From: Dehalococcoidia bacterium
GTDB lineage: Bacteria; Chloroflexota; Dehalococcoidia; Lucifugimonadales; UBA3495
Direction of reading: 5' to 3'
DNA length: 64,000 nucleotides
NCBI GenBank assembly: GCA_965232845.1
Contig: OZ247428.1
Coordinates: 1,159,535 to 1,223,534, forward strand
The notes beneath the pieces are model-generated. The model searched no databases. It was given only the letters and a program-made list of their open reading frames with translations, and was not told the DNA's origin. The translations under genes were made by a program, and so were the position numbers. This document shows positions 16,410 to 26,071 of the stretch, piece by piece; the stretch's first letter is position 1, and each line of letters begins with the position of its first letter.

Positions 16410-17120
16410 ATGACAGAGTTGCTGGCCCAGATAGACGCTTATACCCAGGAGTTTTCCGCCAAAGTGATAGATGTAGTTGACGGCGGAGTGGTCCTGGATC
16501 GGACTGTCTTTTATGTTGGCGGCGGGGGGCAACCCTGTGATACCGGAATTCTGAACGATGGCAATCAGAGTTACGTGGTCAAGAAAATGGTCCGTTCAGA
16601 TGGAAAGATAGTCCATCAAATCGATGGAGCGCTGCCCAATGTAGGTGCATCTGTTACAGGGCGAATAGACTGGGAAACTCGATATCGGCTCATGCGGACG
16701 CACACTGCTCTTCACATACTGTGCGGCGTGGTGTGGCGAGACTACGGGGCCAAGGTAACAGGCGGCGATATGCGGCCCGGTGAAGCCCGCATGGACTTTG
16801 AACTGGAACAGATGAGCGCCGAGTTCGCCAGCGAAGTGGAAGAAAAGATCAATGCCGAGGTCGCCGCAAGCCGGCCGATACACGTCCACAACCTCAGCCG
16901 TTCAGAAGCAGAGCAAGTGCCTGACCTCATACGCACGAAAATCAATCTGCTTCCGCCCAACATACAGGAAGTCCGTACGATCGATATATCAGGACTGGAC
17001 CTGCAGGCTGACGGGGGGACCCACGTGGCCAATACATCTGAGGTGGGTGGTATCAGGGTGGTTGGACACGAGAGCAAGGGCCGCATAAACAAACGCTTGC
17101 GAATTGCATTGGTGGACTAG
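16410..17120 (+). CDS. AlaX-type alanyl-tRNA editing domain protein (threonyl/alanyl-tRNA synthetase second additional domain family)
   Basis: MTELLAQIDAYTQEFSAKVIDVVDGGVVLDRTVFYVGGGGQPCDTG ... HTALHILCGVV ... GGTHV. An AAGGA-type RBS precedes 16410. An alternative start lies at 16374. Confidence 0.75.
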   Translation: MTELLAQIDAYTQEFSAKVIDVVDGGVVLDRTVFYVGGGGQPCDTGILNDGNQSYVVKKMVRSDGKIVHQIDGALPNVGASVTGRIDWETRYRLMRTHTALHILCGVVWRDYGAKVTGGDMRPGEARMDFELEQMSAEFASEVEEKINAEVAASRPIHVHNLSRSEAEQVPDLIRTKINLLPPNIQEVRTIDISGLDLQADGGTHVANTSEVGGIRVVGHESKGRINKRLRIALVD

Positions 17121-17255
17121 GGCATTCTATCCAGCCTATAGTGTCTGGTTGCACATTTTACATCCATGTCTCAGACTCCCCCGACTTCCAAAAAATGATT
17201 ACTTGGCCTGAAGAATAGAGCTTCGGGCCACGGATTCCCTAAAGCAAGAGCTAAT

Positions 17256-19256
17256 ATGACGCGAACCATCGTGGGTATTGATGTCGGCGGAACCTTCACC
17301 GACATCGCCATTCTTCGGGATGGCAGCCTTTCAGTCCACAAACTCCCGTCCACACCCTCAGAACCCTCGGAAGGGGTACGCCGCGGCATCTCCGAAATTG
17401 ACGTCGGCGAGGCAGACTACGTCCACGGCTCCACGGTAGCCACAAATGCCCTCCTTGAGGGGAAAGGCGGTCGAACGGCGCTAATAACCACCCTGGGCTT
17501 TGAGGATGTCCTGGAGATTGGCCGTCAAAGCCGATCGGACTTATACGACCTGAACCTGGAACGGCCACCGGCCCTGGCTCCCTGGGAACTGCGCTTCGGT
17601 CTGCCGGAAAGAGTGGACTACAAGGGAGAAATCCTTGAAGACCTGCAGGATGAGGCCATTGAGACTCTATTGACCCTCTTGCAAAAGGCCGACGTGAACG
17701 GAGTTGCCGTTTCTTTCCTGTTCTCGTTCCTGAACCCCCTGCATGAAGAAAAGCTGCTGAACGCCCTGAGACGACTCCCTGATCCCCCCTTCATTTCCAT
17801 TTCATCTCAGGTGATTCCCGAGTTTCGCGAATACGAGCGCACCAGCACCGTGGTGGTAAATTCTTACGTAGGGCCCGTAATGGCACGCTACCTGGGTGAA
17901 TTGGAACAGTCTCTGGGGAGTGGGCTACGCATCATGCAGTCTTCCGGTGGCAGCATCACTGCGCGCCTCGCCGCAGAACAGCCGGTCCGAACCATCCTTA
18001 GTGGGCCGGCAGGCGGAGTGGTTGGCGCATTCCATGTCGGTCGGGAGGCGGGCTACCCGGACATCATCACTCTCGACATGGGGGGCACATCCACGGACGT
18101 TTCATTGTGCCCCGGCCGAATCAAAGAGACTACCTCGGCCAACCTGGGTGGCTACCCGATAAGCGTGCCGATGATAGAGATTCATACGGTGGGCGCCGGC
18201 GGGGGCTCAATCGCACGTGTTGATACCGGCGGCGCTTTGGTAGTCGGCCCTGAGTCGGCAGGAGCTGACCCCGGGCCGGCCTGTTACGGTCAAGGCAACC
18301 ACATAACGGTTACCGACGCCAACCTTGTTCTAGGCAGGCTGCGTCCGGCCCAGTTCCTGGGGGGCAGACTTTCGCTGGACAAGGATCGGTCACTGGGACT
18401 CATTGAGAAACTGGCCAATGAGATTGGATCAACCCCGGAGGAAACCGCCCTGGGCATTATCCGTGTCGTTAACGCCAACATGGAACGCGCCATCCGCACA
18501 ATCTCGCTGGAAAGAGGTTACGACCCTCGCCGGTTTACCTTGGTGCCTTTTGGTGGCGCCGGCCCTATGCACAGTTGCGAACTGGCACAGGAACTGGGAA
18601 TTCCCCGGATACTCATCCCCACCCATCCCGGCATCCTTTCCGCCCTCGGCGTCGCCATTGCGGACGTGGTCAAAGACTACTCCCGTACTGCCATGTTGCG
18701 GGGGGACGACATCAACCAAGCGCGCCTGGATGAGGAATTTCATGGCATGGAAGGCCAGGCCAGGCGGGAACTGCTGCAGGAAGGACTCCCGGCAACAGAA
18801 ATGGTTGCCCGGCGTTACCTGGACGCCCGCTACGTAGGACAATCTTTCGAGCTAACTATTGAGTACCCATCGGCCACCCGCCGAACCGATTTGCAACGGG
18901 CTATAGCCAACAGCTTTTATAGGGCGCATTTGCAGCGATTCGGATATGCCGACCGGAATGAGGCTGTGGAGATCGTCAACCTCCGGCTCAAGCTGGAGTT
19001 GGAAGTGGAAAAGCCCAACATGGTCCCACAGCCATTGGGGGTAGCCGACTCATCCGTAGCCCGCATTGAAGAAGCCACTGTTGTGTTTCAACAGGGCTCT
19101 CTGCCCACCGCTCTATACGACCGGGACCGCCTAACAGCGGGCAACTATGTCGAAGGGCCCGCTCTCTTGCTGCAACTGGACACGACCGTCGTAGTACCGC
19201 CCGGCTGGGGAGGCTCTGTGGACCCATTTGGAAATCTGGTCCTTGAACAGGTCTGA
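17256..19256 (+). CDS. hyuA: Hydantoinase/oxoprolinase family protein, A subunit type
   Basis: 666 aa. The N-terminus is IVGIDVGGTFTDIAILRDG, with the internal motifs DMGGTSTDV and PFGGAGPMH. Confidence 0.85.
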   Translation: MTRTIVGIDVGGTFTDIAILRDGSLSVHKLPSTPSEPSEGVRRGISEIDVGEADYVHGSTVATNALLEGKGGRTALITTLGFEDVLEIGRQSRSDLYDLNLERPPALAPWELRFGLPERVDYKGEILEDLQDEAIETLLTLLQKADVNGVAVSFLFSFLNPLHEEKLLNALRRLPDPPFISISSQVIPEFREYERTSTVVVNSYVGPVMARYLGELEQSLGSGLRIMQSSGGSITARLAAEQPVRTILSGPAGGVVGAFHVGREAGYPDIITLDMGGTSTDVSLCPGRIKETTSANLGGYPISVPMIEIHTVGAGGGSIARVDTGGALVVGPESAGADPGPACYGQGNHITVTDANLVLGRLRPAQFLGGRLSLDKDRSLGLIEKLANEIGSTPEETALGIIRVVNANMERAIRTISLERGYDPRRFTLVPFGGAGPMHSCELAQELGIPRILIPTHPGILSALGVAIADVVKDYSRTAMLRGDDINQARLDEEFHGMEGQARRELLQEGLPATEMVARRYLDARYVGQSFELTIEYPSATRRTDLQRAIANSFYRAHLQRFGYADRNEAVEIVNLRLKLELEVEKPNMVPQPLGVADSSVARIEEATVVFQQGSLPTALYDRDRLTAGNYVEGPALLLQLDTTVVVPPGWGGSVDPFGNLVLEQV

Positions 19257-19319
19257 AATTTCTTACGAGTGGCATAACCATAACTACCAGGAGTTAGAAA
19301 CTACCAGGAGATAGACTTA

Positions 19320-20183
19320 ATGACCTCAGTGCCGGGAGACTTGACTCAGCTTCGTGTTCTGGCCTCATTCGCCCATCCTGACGACGAAGGATTCGGCAGC
19401 GGTGGCACTCTGGCAATGCTGGTTGCCAGAGGTGCACAAGTAACACTCGTTTGCGCTACCAACGGGGATGTGGGCGAAATTAGCGATCCAACGTTGGCTA
19501 CACACGAGACCCTGGCCCAGGTCCGCCAAGAGGAGTTGCGGGATGCCATGCGTGTTACGGGAGTGGCAGACATTCGTTTCCTGAACTACCGCGACTCGGG
19601 CATGGCAGGCACCGAGGAAAACGAACACCCTGAATCTCTCAATCAGGCAGAAGCCGCGACCGTCATTGCCCAACTCAACGACATTATCAAGGAAACAAGG
19701 CCCAACATCGTGATTACACACGACCCCACCGGCGGATACGGGCATCCCGACCACCGTGCCGTCTGTTTACACACTACAGAGGCATTTAAACTCGTTGCCG
19801 ATGAAAAGGGGCACTCCCGGCAGTCAACGCAAGGCAGGGATGACGAGTCTTCCTTTCTTCTCTACTATGTTTGCTTCCCTCGAAGCAACTTCCAAAGAAT
19901 GTGGCGCCAGATGTTGGAATTGGACATCACTCCGCCCTTCGCCAGCCAGGATGTAGATCTGGTGGGAACTCCGGACGAGGAAGTCACCACCACTCTCGAC
20001 CTTGGCTCGTACGTTGACATCAAAATCGCGTCACTCAATTGCCACCGTACCCAAATTGACCCCAACGGGCCCTTCTCTCAATTGCCGGAAGAGATGACCC
20101 GAGAAATCATGAGCAAGGAGTACTACACACTGGTTTTGCCTGAGAATAAGTCCGAAAAGGACGATTTGCTCGCCAGTCTGTAG
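19320..20183 (+). CDS. PIG-L / LmbE family N-acetylglucosaminyl deacetylase
   Basis: LASFAHPDDEGFGSGGTLAML and HPDH motifs. Confidence 0.8.
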   Translation: MTSVPGDLTQLRVLASFAHPDDEGFGSGGTLAMLVARGAQVTLVCATNGDVGEISDPTLATHETLAQVRQEELRDAMRVTGVADIRFLNYRDSGMAGTEENEHPESLNQAEAATVIAQLNDIIKETRPNIVITHDPTGGYGHPDHRAVCLHTTEAFKLVADEKGHSRQSTQGRDDESSFLLYYVCFPRSNFQRMWRQMLELDITPPFASQDVDLVGTPDEEVTTTLDLGSYVDIKIASLNCHRTQIDPNGPFSQLPEEMTREIMSKEYYTLVLPENKSEKDDLLASL

Positions 20184-20271
20184 CCTGTATTCCGCCAAGC
20201 GCAAGCTGAACAAAGATCCTACGATTCAGAGCATTGCCTCAATTTTCGATGGATCAAAAGGGGAAGCATGA

Positions 20272-21864
20272 ATGGCAGTTGACCCCATAAGCCTTGAAGT
20301 CTTCAAGAACATGTTCATCTCGGTATCCGAAGAGATGGGCGTAGCGCTTCTGCGGACCGCTTACTCGCCCAACATCAAGGAACGACGTGATTTCTCTTGC
20401 GCCATCTTTGATCCTTCCGGCCAGATGGTCGCCCAGGCAGCGCACCAGCCTGTCCACCTTGGCGCCATGCCGGCGTCGGTGCAGGCCGCCCTGGAGACGT
20501 TCCCCGGTTCACTGAGACCCGGCGATATGGTAATACTCAACGATCCCTATCTTGGCGGCACCCACTTGCCGGACATCACCCTCGTGGCGCCCGTGTTTGT
20601 GAACCTACAGGGAGAAAAGGAACTGGTCGGCTTTGTTTCCAACCGGGGCCACCACGCCGACGTGGGAGGCATGACTCCCGGCTCGTTGCCGCTTTCCACG
20701 GAACTTTATCAAGAAGGGATGATATTGCCGCCAATCAAGCTGGCACGAGGCGGTCGACTGAACCAGGAAGTAGTGCAGATCATATGCCGCAATTCTCGCA
20801 CACCGGAGGAGCGAAAAGGGGACTTGGCCGCTCAAATAGCCTCGGTCCGGGTCGGTGAAAGGCGGCTCCAGGAAGTTGTAGAACGATACGGGGTCGAAGA
20901 GGCCCGCGAGCACATGGATGCCTTGCTTGACTATTCGGAGCGGGTAACCCGAAACGCTATTAGCAGGATTCCCGACGGAATCTACCGGGTGCTGGATTAC
21001 ATGGACGACGACGGGCTAACCGAGGAACCTGTGCCTATAGCGGTGGCTATCACTATATTCGGCGACACAATGACCATCGATTTCACTGGGACTTCTCCAC
21101 AGCGCCCCGGGTGCATTAACGCTCCCCAGGCAGTAACTGTTTCCGCCAGCCTCTACATGGTCAGATGCGTTGTGGGGGATGAAGCGCCGGCTAACCAAGG
21201 CTGCCTCAGACCCGTAACGATAGTCACACCCAGTGGCACCCTGGTGAACCCCGAGCCGCAGCATGGCGTGGCCGGAGGCAATGTGGAGACTTCCCAACGT
21301 ATTACCGACGTCCTCTTGACTGCCATGGCCCAGGCGCTGCCGGAATTGATCCCAGCGGCCAGCCAGGGAACGATGAACAACTTGCTCATCGGAGGCCACG
21401 ACCTGGACAGGGGTCGCCCGTTCGTTTACTACGAGACTATCGGCGGTGGCATGGGGGCCAGGCCTACCAAGGACGGCATTTCCGGAATCCATACCCACAT
21501 GACCAACACCATGAATACTCCGATAGAGGCGCTGGAGTTTGCGTTCCCCCTGAGGCTGAAGCGTTATGCCCTGAGGCGGGGTTCCGGAGGAGACGGGCTT
21601 CACAAGGGAGGCGATGGACTGGTACGGGATGTGGAATTTCTCAACTCTGCACGGGTCACCATACTATCGGAACGGCGCAAGTTTCACCCCCCGGGCTTCC
21701 ATGGGGGACACCACGGTCATCCGGGTGAGAATGTGCTGCTGAAGGGTGGATACGAGGAGGTCCACCTGGCCGGTAAGGAAACACTGGACGTGGAGCCGGG
21801 CGACATACTGAGTATCCGCACCCCAGGCGGGGGTGGCTGGGGCAGGCCGCCTCAGGATGAATAG
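20272..21864 (+). CDS. hyuB: Hydantoinase B / oxoprolinase family protein
   Basis: 530 aa. Motifs are DPISLEVFKNMFISVSEEMG, NDPYLGGTHLPD and GGGWG near the C-terminus. Confidence 0.85.
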   Translation: MAVDPISLEVFKNMFISVSEEMGVALLRTAYSPNIKERRDFSCAIFDPSGQMVAQAAHQPVHLGAMPASVQAALETFPGSLRPGDMVILNDPYLGGTHLPDITLVAPVFVNLQGEKELVGFVSNRGHHADVGGMTPGSLPLSTELYQEGMILPPIKLARGGRLNQEVVQIICRNSRTPEERKGDLAAQIASVRVGERRLQEVVERYGVEEAREHMDALLDYSERVTRNAISRIPDGIYRVLDYMDDDGLTEEPVPIAVAITIFGDTMTIDFTGTSPQRPGCINAPQAVTVSASLYMVRCVVGDEAPANQGCLRPVTIVTPSGTLVNPEPQHGVAGGNVETSQRITDVLLTAMAQALPELIPAASQGTMNNLLIGGHDLDRGRPFVYYETIGGGMGARPTKDGISGIHTHMTNTMNTPIEALEFAFPLRLKRYALRRGSGGDGLHKGGDGLVRDVEFLNSARVTILSERRKFHPPGFHGGHHGHPGENVLLKGGYEEVHLAGKETLDVEPGDILSIRTPGGGGWGRPPQDE

Positions 21865-22005
21865 GTTTGTGGATTAACAGGATTGTTCGGTGCATAGATT
21901 CGGGCAGCATTGACAACCGAGCGCCCTTTAGTGTACAAATTTTCCACAGCAAGTGATGAGCCGGCGATGGCGCCGAAAATTCTGGTTGTTAATGGAGGAG
22001 GAGAT

Positions 22006-22248
22006 ATGCCAGATGTCTACTACGTGAGGCCGAGTAATTTCTTGTCCGACTCTCGGGACAAGACAATAATAACCGGGGATTCGGAGGATGAAGTGCTGGG
22101 CAAGGTTTATGATTACCTGCGCACGCCGGAAGCACGCCTGCGCTACCCAGCGGTGGAAGACCCGACGGAACTGGAAAACAACATCCGAAGGTGCATTTTT
22201 GTTAAAGGCCAGAAGGTGTTTGGCACCCGAGCTCCGGAAGGCGAGTAA
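22006..22248 (+). CDS. Hypothetical 80-aa protein
   Basis: An internal ATG of track ORF 21910..22248 is preceded by GGAGGAGGAG (21994-22003). The product starts MPDVYYVRPSNFLSDSRDKTIITGDSEDEVLGKVYDYL. I recognise no family. Confidence 0.5.
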   Translation: MPDVYYVRPSNFLSDSRDKTIITGDSEDEVLGKVYDYLRTPEARLRYPAVEDPTELENNIRRCIFVKGQKVFGTRAPEGE

Positions 22249-22297
22249 GTTTCGGACAGGCTATCCGAGCCTGACCCGAAGTCAGAGTTCAATAGAC

Positions 22298-22331
22298 GGG
22301 CCCCGGTCAATGACCGGGGCCCGCAGTTTTT
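22298..22331 (+). terminator. Intrinsic terminator, possibly bidirectional
   Basis: Palindrome GGGCCCCGGTCA-A-TGACCGGGGCCC (22298-22322) followed by GCAGTTTTTC. It sits between convergent genes. Confidence 0.6.
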
Positions 22332-22355
22332 CGGTGTCCTCGTCAACGACTTTCG

Positions 22356-22700
22356 TTAGTTACCGTCGTCGAAGCTCACTATAACTATGGCGTTGGCAAT
22401 CAGGGTCCCATCGGTACCCTCGTCGTTAAGAACTTGCAGCCCGCCTTGTACGACGTTAATGTGCCCCGTACCATGGGGCAGCGTAGCGATTACCGCATCG
22501 CCATCGACCGCACCGGGTTCTGGGACACCAATGGTAACGTCAACCCGCATGTCATCGGCCGTCTTGCCGATGAGCCTCTGAAAACCCAAGCTGCTATGGT
22601 GCAGGGCATCAAATACAGCCCGCTTGGCGGCGTTAGTGTAGTCTAGCCCATGAACGTCCACACCCATTCCCATTTCCGTAACGCATCTTACCAGTGCCAT
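22356..22700 (-). CDS. Lin0512-family small conserved protein
   Basis: 114 aa: VTEMGMGVDVHGLDYTNAAKRAVFDALHHSSL ... ATLPHGTGHINVVQGGL ... LIANAIVIV. From memory this resembles the Lin0512_fam (TIGR02058) pattern. I have not verified it. Confidence 0.55.
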   Translation of the reverse strand: MALVRCVTEMGMGVDVHGLDYTNAAKRAVFDALHHSSLGFQRLIGKTADDMRVDVTIGVPEPGAVDGDAVIATLPHGTGHINVVQGGLQVLNDEGTDGTLIANAIVIVSFDDGN

Positions 22701-22807
22701 TATTTCCCCTCCTCAATTAGATTCACTTGCCAAGACTTCTTTCAAGTTTGATTGTTCCCTTCGACAAGGCCCGCACGGGCTGCCGACCCATGTTAAACAG
22801 GTAGCGA

Positions 22808-24229
22808 CTAACCCCCGCCGCCGCGTACTTCCAGGCTTGGCTTGGTCATTTCTTCGGGATTCAGCAGCGAACCAAGTTCTTCGTCGCCGATTTCGGTGCG
22901 CAGCTTGGCAACCTCCCGGATAGTCTGCCCGGTTGACGCCGCTTCCTTCGCAATAGCGGCGGCGGCATCGTAGCCAATGGCCGGCGCCAGAGCGGTGCCC
23001 AGCATTAATCCATTCTCGACCATGGCGGGGCCCACATCGGTTGCCTCGATTCCCTTGACACATTGCTCGGCGAAGTTGTTGGCTGAAGCAGCCAGCAAAG
23101 AGATGGACTGCAGGATGTTGTAAGCGGCTACCGGCATCATGGTATTGAGCTCAAAGTATCCGCCCTGACCTGCCAGGGTGACGGTGGCGTCGTTACCAAC
23201 TACCTGAGCGGCCACCTGGATAACCGACTCCGCGATGACAGGATTGACCTTGCCCGGCATTATTGAACTACCCGGCTGCACCTCGGGGACCGTTATCTCG
23301 CCAAGGCCAGCCCTTGGCCCGCAGGCAATGAACCGGATGTCGTTGGCAATCTTATGCAGGCTGATAGCAATGGTCTTTAGTTCCCCGCTGGCCTCCACCA
23401 CCGCGTCAAGACTGGCCTGCGCCTGAAAGTGATTGTCGGTTTCACGGACACTTACGCCGGTAACCTCGCTTAGGGAATGGCAGGTGCGGGCCGAAAACTC
23501 GGGGTGAGTGTTTACTCCCGTCCCTACCGCTGTACCGCCCAGAGCCACTTCCGACAGAGCATCCTGGGCACGGCGAAGCCTGCGGATTCCGTTTTCGGCC
23601 TGGCCCGCATAACCAAGAAATTCCTGTCCCAACCGGACAGGTGTAGCATCCTGTAGATGGGTGCGCCCGGTCTTGATAACCGGCCAGAATTCGTCCGACT
23701 TCTTTTGCAATTCGTCTCGCAAAAACTCAAGGCCAGGAATCAAGTCTTCCTTGATGGCCAGCAGCGCCGCAAGGTGCATCGCCGTGGGAATGACATCATT
23801 GGATGACTGGCCCAAATTGACATGGTCGTTGGGATGAACCAGCCTAGACCCCAAATCTCCTCCCTTAATCTGGGAGGCCCGGTTGGCGATTACTTCGTTG
23901 GCGTTGGTGTTGGTGGAAGTTCCTGAGCCCGTTTGGAAGACGTCCAGAACGAAATGGTCGTCGAACTTGCCTTCAATTACCTCTTGGGCGGCCTCAACAA
24001 TGGCGGCGCCAAGAGATTCGTCAAGCGCACCAAGCGACATGTTGGTTTTGGCCGCAGACTGCTTTATCAAGCCAAGAGCCCGGATAAAGGTGCGGGGGAA
24101 GCGCAGGTCGCTGATGGGGAAGTTCAGGACTGCGCGCATGGTGGATGCCCCGAAGAGGGCGTCCGCGGGCACTTCCATTTGGCCCATCGAGTCCCGCTCT
24201 ATTCTTACGTTTGAGTTGCTGGTAGTCAT
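22808..24229 (-). CDS. Class II fumarase / aspartate ammonia-lyase family lyase (aspartase-like signature)
   Basis: 473 aa with IERDSMGQMEVPADALFGASTMRA. The signature GSSIMPGKVNPVIAE has the NPV variant I associate with aspartases rather than FumC. Confidence 0.85.
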   Translation of the reverse strand: MTTSNSNVRIERDSMGQMEVPADALFGASTMRAVLNFPISDLRFPRTFIRALGLIKQSAAKTNMSLGALDESLGAAIVEAAQEVIEGKFDDHFVLDVFQTGSGTSTNTNANEVIANRASQIKGGDLGSRLVHPNDHVNLGQSSNDVIPTAMHLAALLAIKEDLIPGLEFLRDELQKKSDEFWPVIKTGRTHLQDATPVRLGQEFLGYAGQAENGIRRLRRAQDALSEVALGGTAVGTGVNTHPEFSARTCHSLSEVTGVSVRETDNHFQAQASLDAVVEASGELKTIAISLHKIANDIRFIACGPRAGLGEITVPEVQPGSSIMPGKVNPVIAESVIQVAAQVVGNDATVTLAGQGGYFELNTMMPVAAYNILQSISLLAASANNFAEQCVKGIEATDVGPAMVENGLMLGTALAPAIGYDAAAAIAKEAASTGQTIREVAKLRTEIGDEELGSLLNPEEMTKPSLEVRGGGG

Positions 24230-24289
24230 GGCTGCATAACCATCCTCTTGGATTGTTTTCTTTGTTGGGCCAACTTGCGGAAGACGAAG

Positions 24290-25840
24290 CTATTTCCCTT
24301 CACTAATCCAGTCGGCCACTCTCTCACCGATCATAATCGTGGTGGCGTTGGTGTTGGCTCGGATTACGTCGGGCATCACTGAGGCGTCCACTACCCTAAG
24401 GCCTTCCATACCGTGAACCCGGCAATACTGATCCACTACAGCCAGGGGGTCGTCGGCCGGTCCCATTTTGCAGGTTCCCGAAGAATGGTGCTGGGTGCCC
24501 ACGTTTCGCAGCATCCAGTTGTCCAGGGCTTCGTCAGACTCCAGGTCTGCGTCGGTGGGGTTCAACCGTTCGACTATGATGTCGGCGAACAAAGGATGGT
24601 CGGCAATTCGCAGGCCTGTACGTATGGCTCCCCGCATTCGTTCCCGATCGTAAGGGCTGGAAAGGTAGTCATAGTTCAAAACCGGCTGTATCTTGGGGTC
24701 AGTTGAAGCCAGACGCAAGTGTCCTGCGCTCACCGCATTCTGGATAGCCGCGCTAAAACCGAAATGGAATCCCTCACCTTCTATGGTAACGTTGGCCGGG
24801 CGGTGTTCACTATTCATCAAAATCGGCGCCAACTGGATATCACCGGTCGTGGGCGAACCCTCCAGGCTAAAGCGCAGGCCCACCTGAATGCTGGGGGCCA
24901 AATCGTCGGGCGCTTCGCCATTACCTCTGAAGAGGGTAAAACAGGACGGGTGATCCCGGAGGTTCTGTCCGATTCCGGGCAAGTCGTGAACAAGTTCTAT
25001 TCCCATTTCCTGGAGATGGTCGGCGGGCCCGACACCTGAGAGCAACAGAATCTGCGGAGACGCAATGGCGCCACTGCTGACAATTATCTGTTCTCCTTCC
25101 AGCACAAAGGTGTCCCCCCCGCTCTCGGCCTCTACACCGACGGCGCGCCTGCCCTCAAACACAACCCTCCGCGCCGTGACATTGCCGCGAACCGTCAGGT
25201 TAAGTCGATTACGTACCGGGTTTAGGTAGGTTATGGCAGTGCTCATCCTGACGCCGTCGATGTTGTTCAAGGGCCTGGCTGCGATGCCGCTGGAGTCCGG
25301 GTGATTCTGGTCGGCGTCCTGGCGGAAACCCAAGTCGACGCAGGCATCATAAAAGGAAGTTGCATGGGGAAGCCACTCTTCACGCTTGTAGCGCCTAACC
25401 GGGATAGGGCCATCGCTTCCGTGGAAGTCGTCACCCGGAAAGTCCAGATCCGTTTCCAGCTTGCGGAAATAGGGAAGCACCTTTAGGTACTCCCATTCAT
25501 TATTGCCCCAGGCCGCCCAGTTGTCGTAATCGCCGGGAACTCCGCGAAAGAGCACCTGCCCGTTTATGGAAGTGGACCCGCCAATGGTCCGGCCCCGGGG
25601 AATCTGCACCTGTTCGGCCATCAACGGTGTACCAGTGGCCGTGTAGCCCCAGTTATGGGGGCCATAGGCCGAACGCCACATATTGTTGCCTTCCTTCAAA
25701 TCCAGAGGCAACTGGTCAAAGTCCGGATAATCTGGGCCTGCTTCCAGCAACAGCACGGACCGGTCCGGGTCCTGGGACAGACGGGCCGCCAGCACACAAC
25801 CAGCAGCACCTGCTCCAATGATGATGACATCGTATTTCAT
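24290..25840 (-). CDS. GMC-family FAD oxidoreductase (choline dehydrogenase-like)
   Basis: MKYDVIIIGAGAAGCVLAARLSQDPDRSVLLLEAGPD, plus GGSTSINGQV and the C-terminal HHSSGTCKMG. Confidence 0.85.
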   Translation of the reverse strand: MKYDVIIIGAGAAGCVLAARLSQDPDRSVLLLEAGPDYPDFDQLPLDLKEGNNMWRSAYGPHNWGYTATGTPLMAEQVQIPRGRTIGGSTSINGQVLFRGVPGDYDNWAAWGNNEWEYLKVLPYFRKLETDLDFPGDDFHGSDGPIPVRRYKREEWLPHATSFYDACVDLGFRQDADQNHPDSSGIAARPLNNIDGVRMSTAITYLNPVRNRLNLTVRGNVTARRVVFEGRRAVGVEAESGGDTFVLEGEQIIVSSGAIASPQILLLSGVGPADHLQEMGIELVHDLPGIGQNLRDHPSCFTLFRGNGEAPDDLAPSIQVGLRFSLEGSPTTGDIQLAPILMNSEHRPANVTIEGEGFHFGFSAAIQNAVSAGHLRLASTDPKIQPVLNYDYLSSPYDRERMRGAIRTGLRIADHPLFADIIVERLNPTDADLESDEALDNWMLRNVGTQHHSSGTCKMGPADDPLAVVDQYCRVHGMEGLRVVDASVMPDVIRANTNATTIMIGERVADWISEGK

Positions 25841-26037
25841 GCCTTTTCCTCGCTCTCAATTCCAGACGGCCACTGGAACTGCCAATGTTATACCACAAAC
25901 GCTAACACTGGTGTATGCCAGAAACAGCCGCAAACCTCGTGCCAGAGTGACCTACCGATCATCAAGTGCATATACCTGCTACCTGCACCCATTGACAGCC
26001 ACTGTCAGGTTCAGCATCATATCTCAAATTCGTTCAG

Positions 26038-26057
26038 AGCTTTGAACGTTCAAAGCT
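26038..26057. promoter_or_regulatory. Perfect 20-bp palindrome, a candidate operator or 5'-UTR hairpin
   Basis: AGCTTTGAAC|GTTCAAAGCT ends 4 nt before the GAGGTGGG RBS of the ThDP gene. A second inverted repeat, TGACAG-N3-CTGTCA, lies at 25993-26007. Confidence 0.4.
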
Positions 26058-26071
26058 TGAAGAGGTGGGAA

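Noticed and set aside
25655-26071. Upstream 139-codon extension of the second ThDP-enzyme ORF
   Set aside because: The extension overlaps the divergent GMC oxidoreductase gene and the intergenic control region. The conserved N-terminus (MPNMTGAQALV...) begins at ATG 26072, right after a GAGGTGGG RBS.
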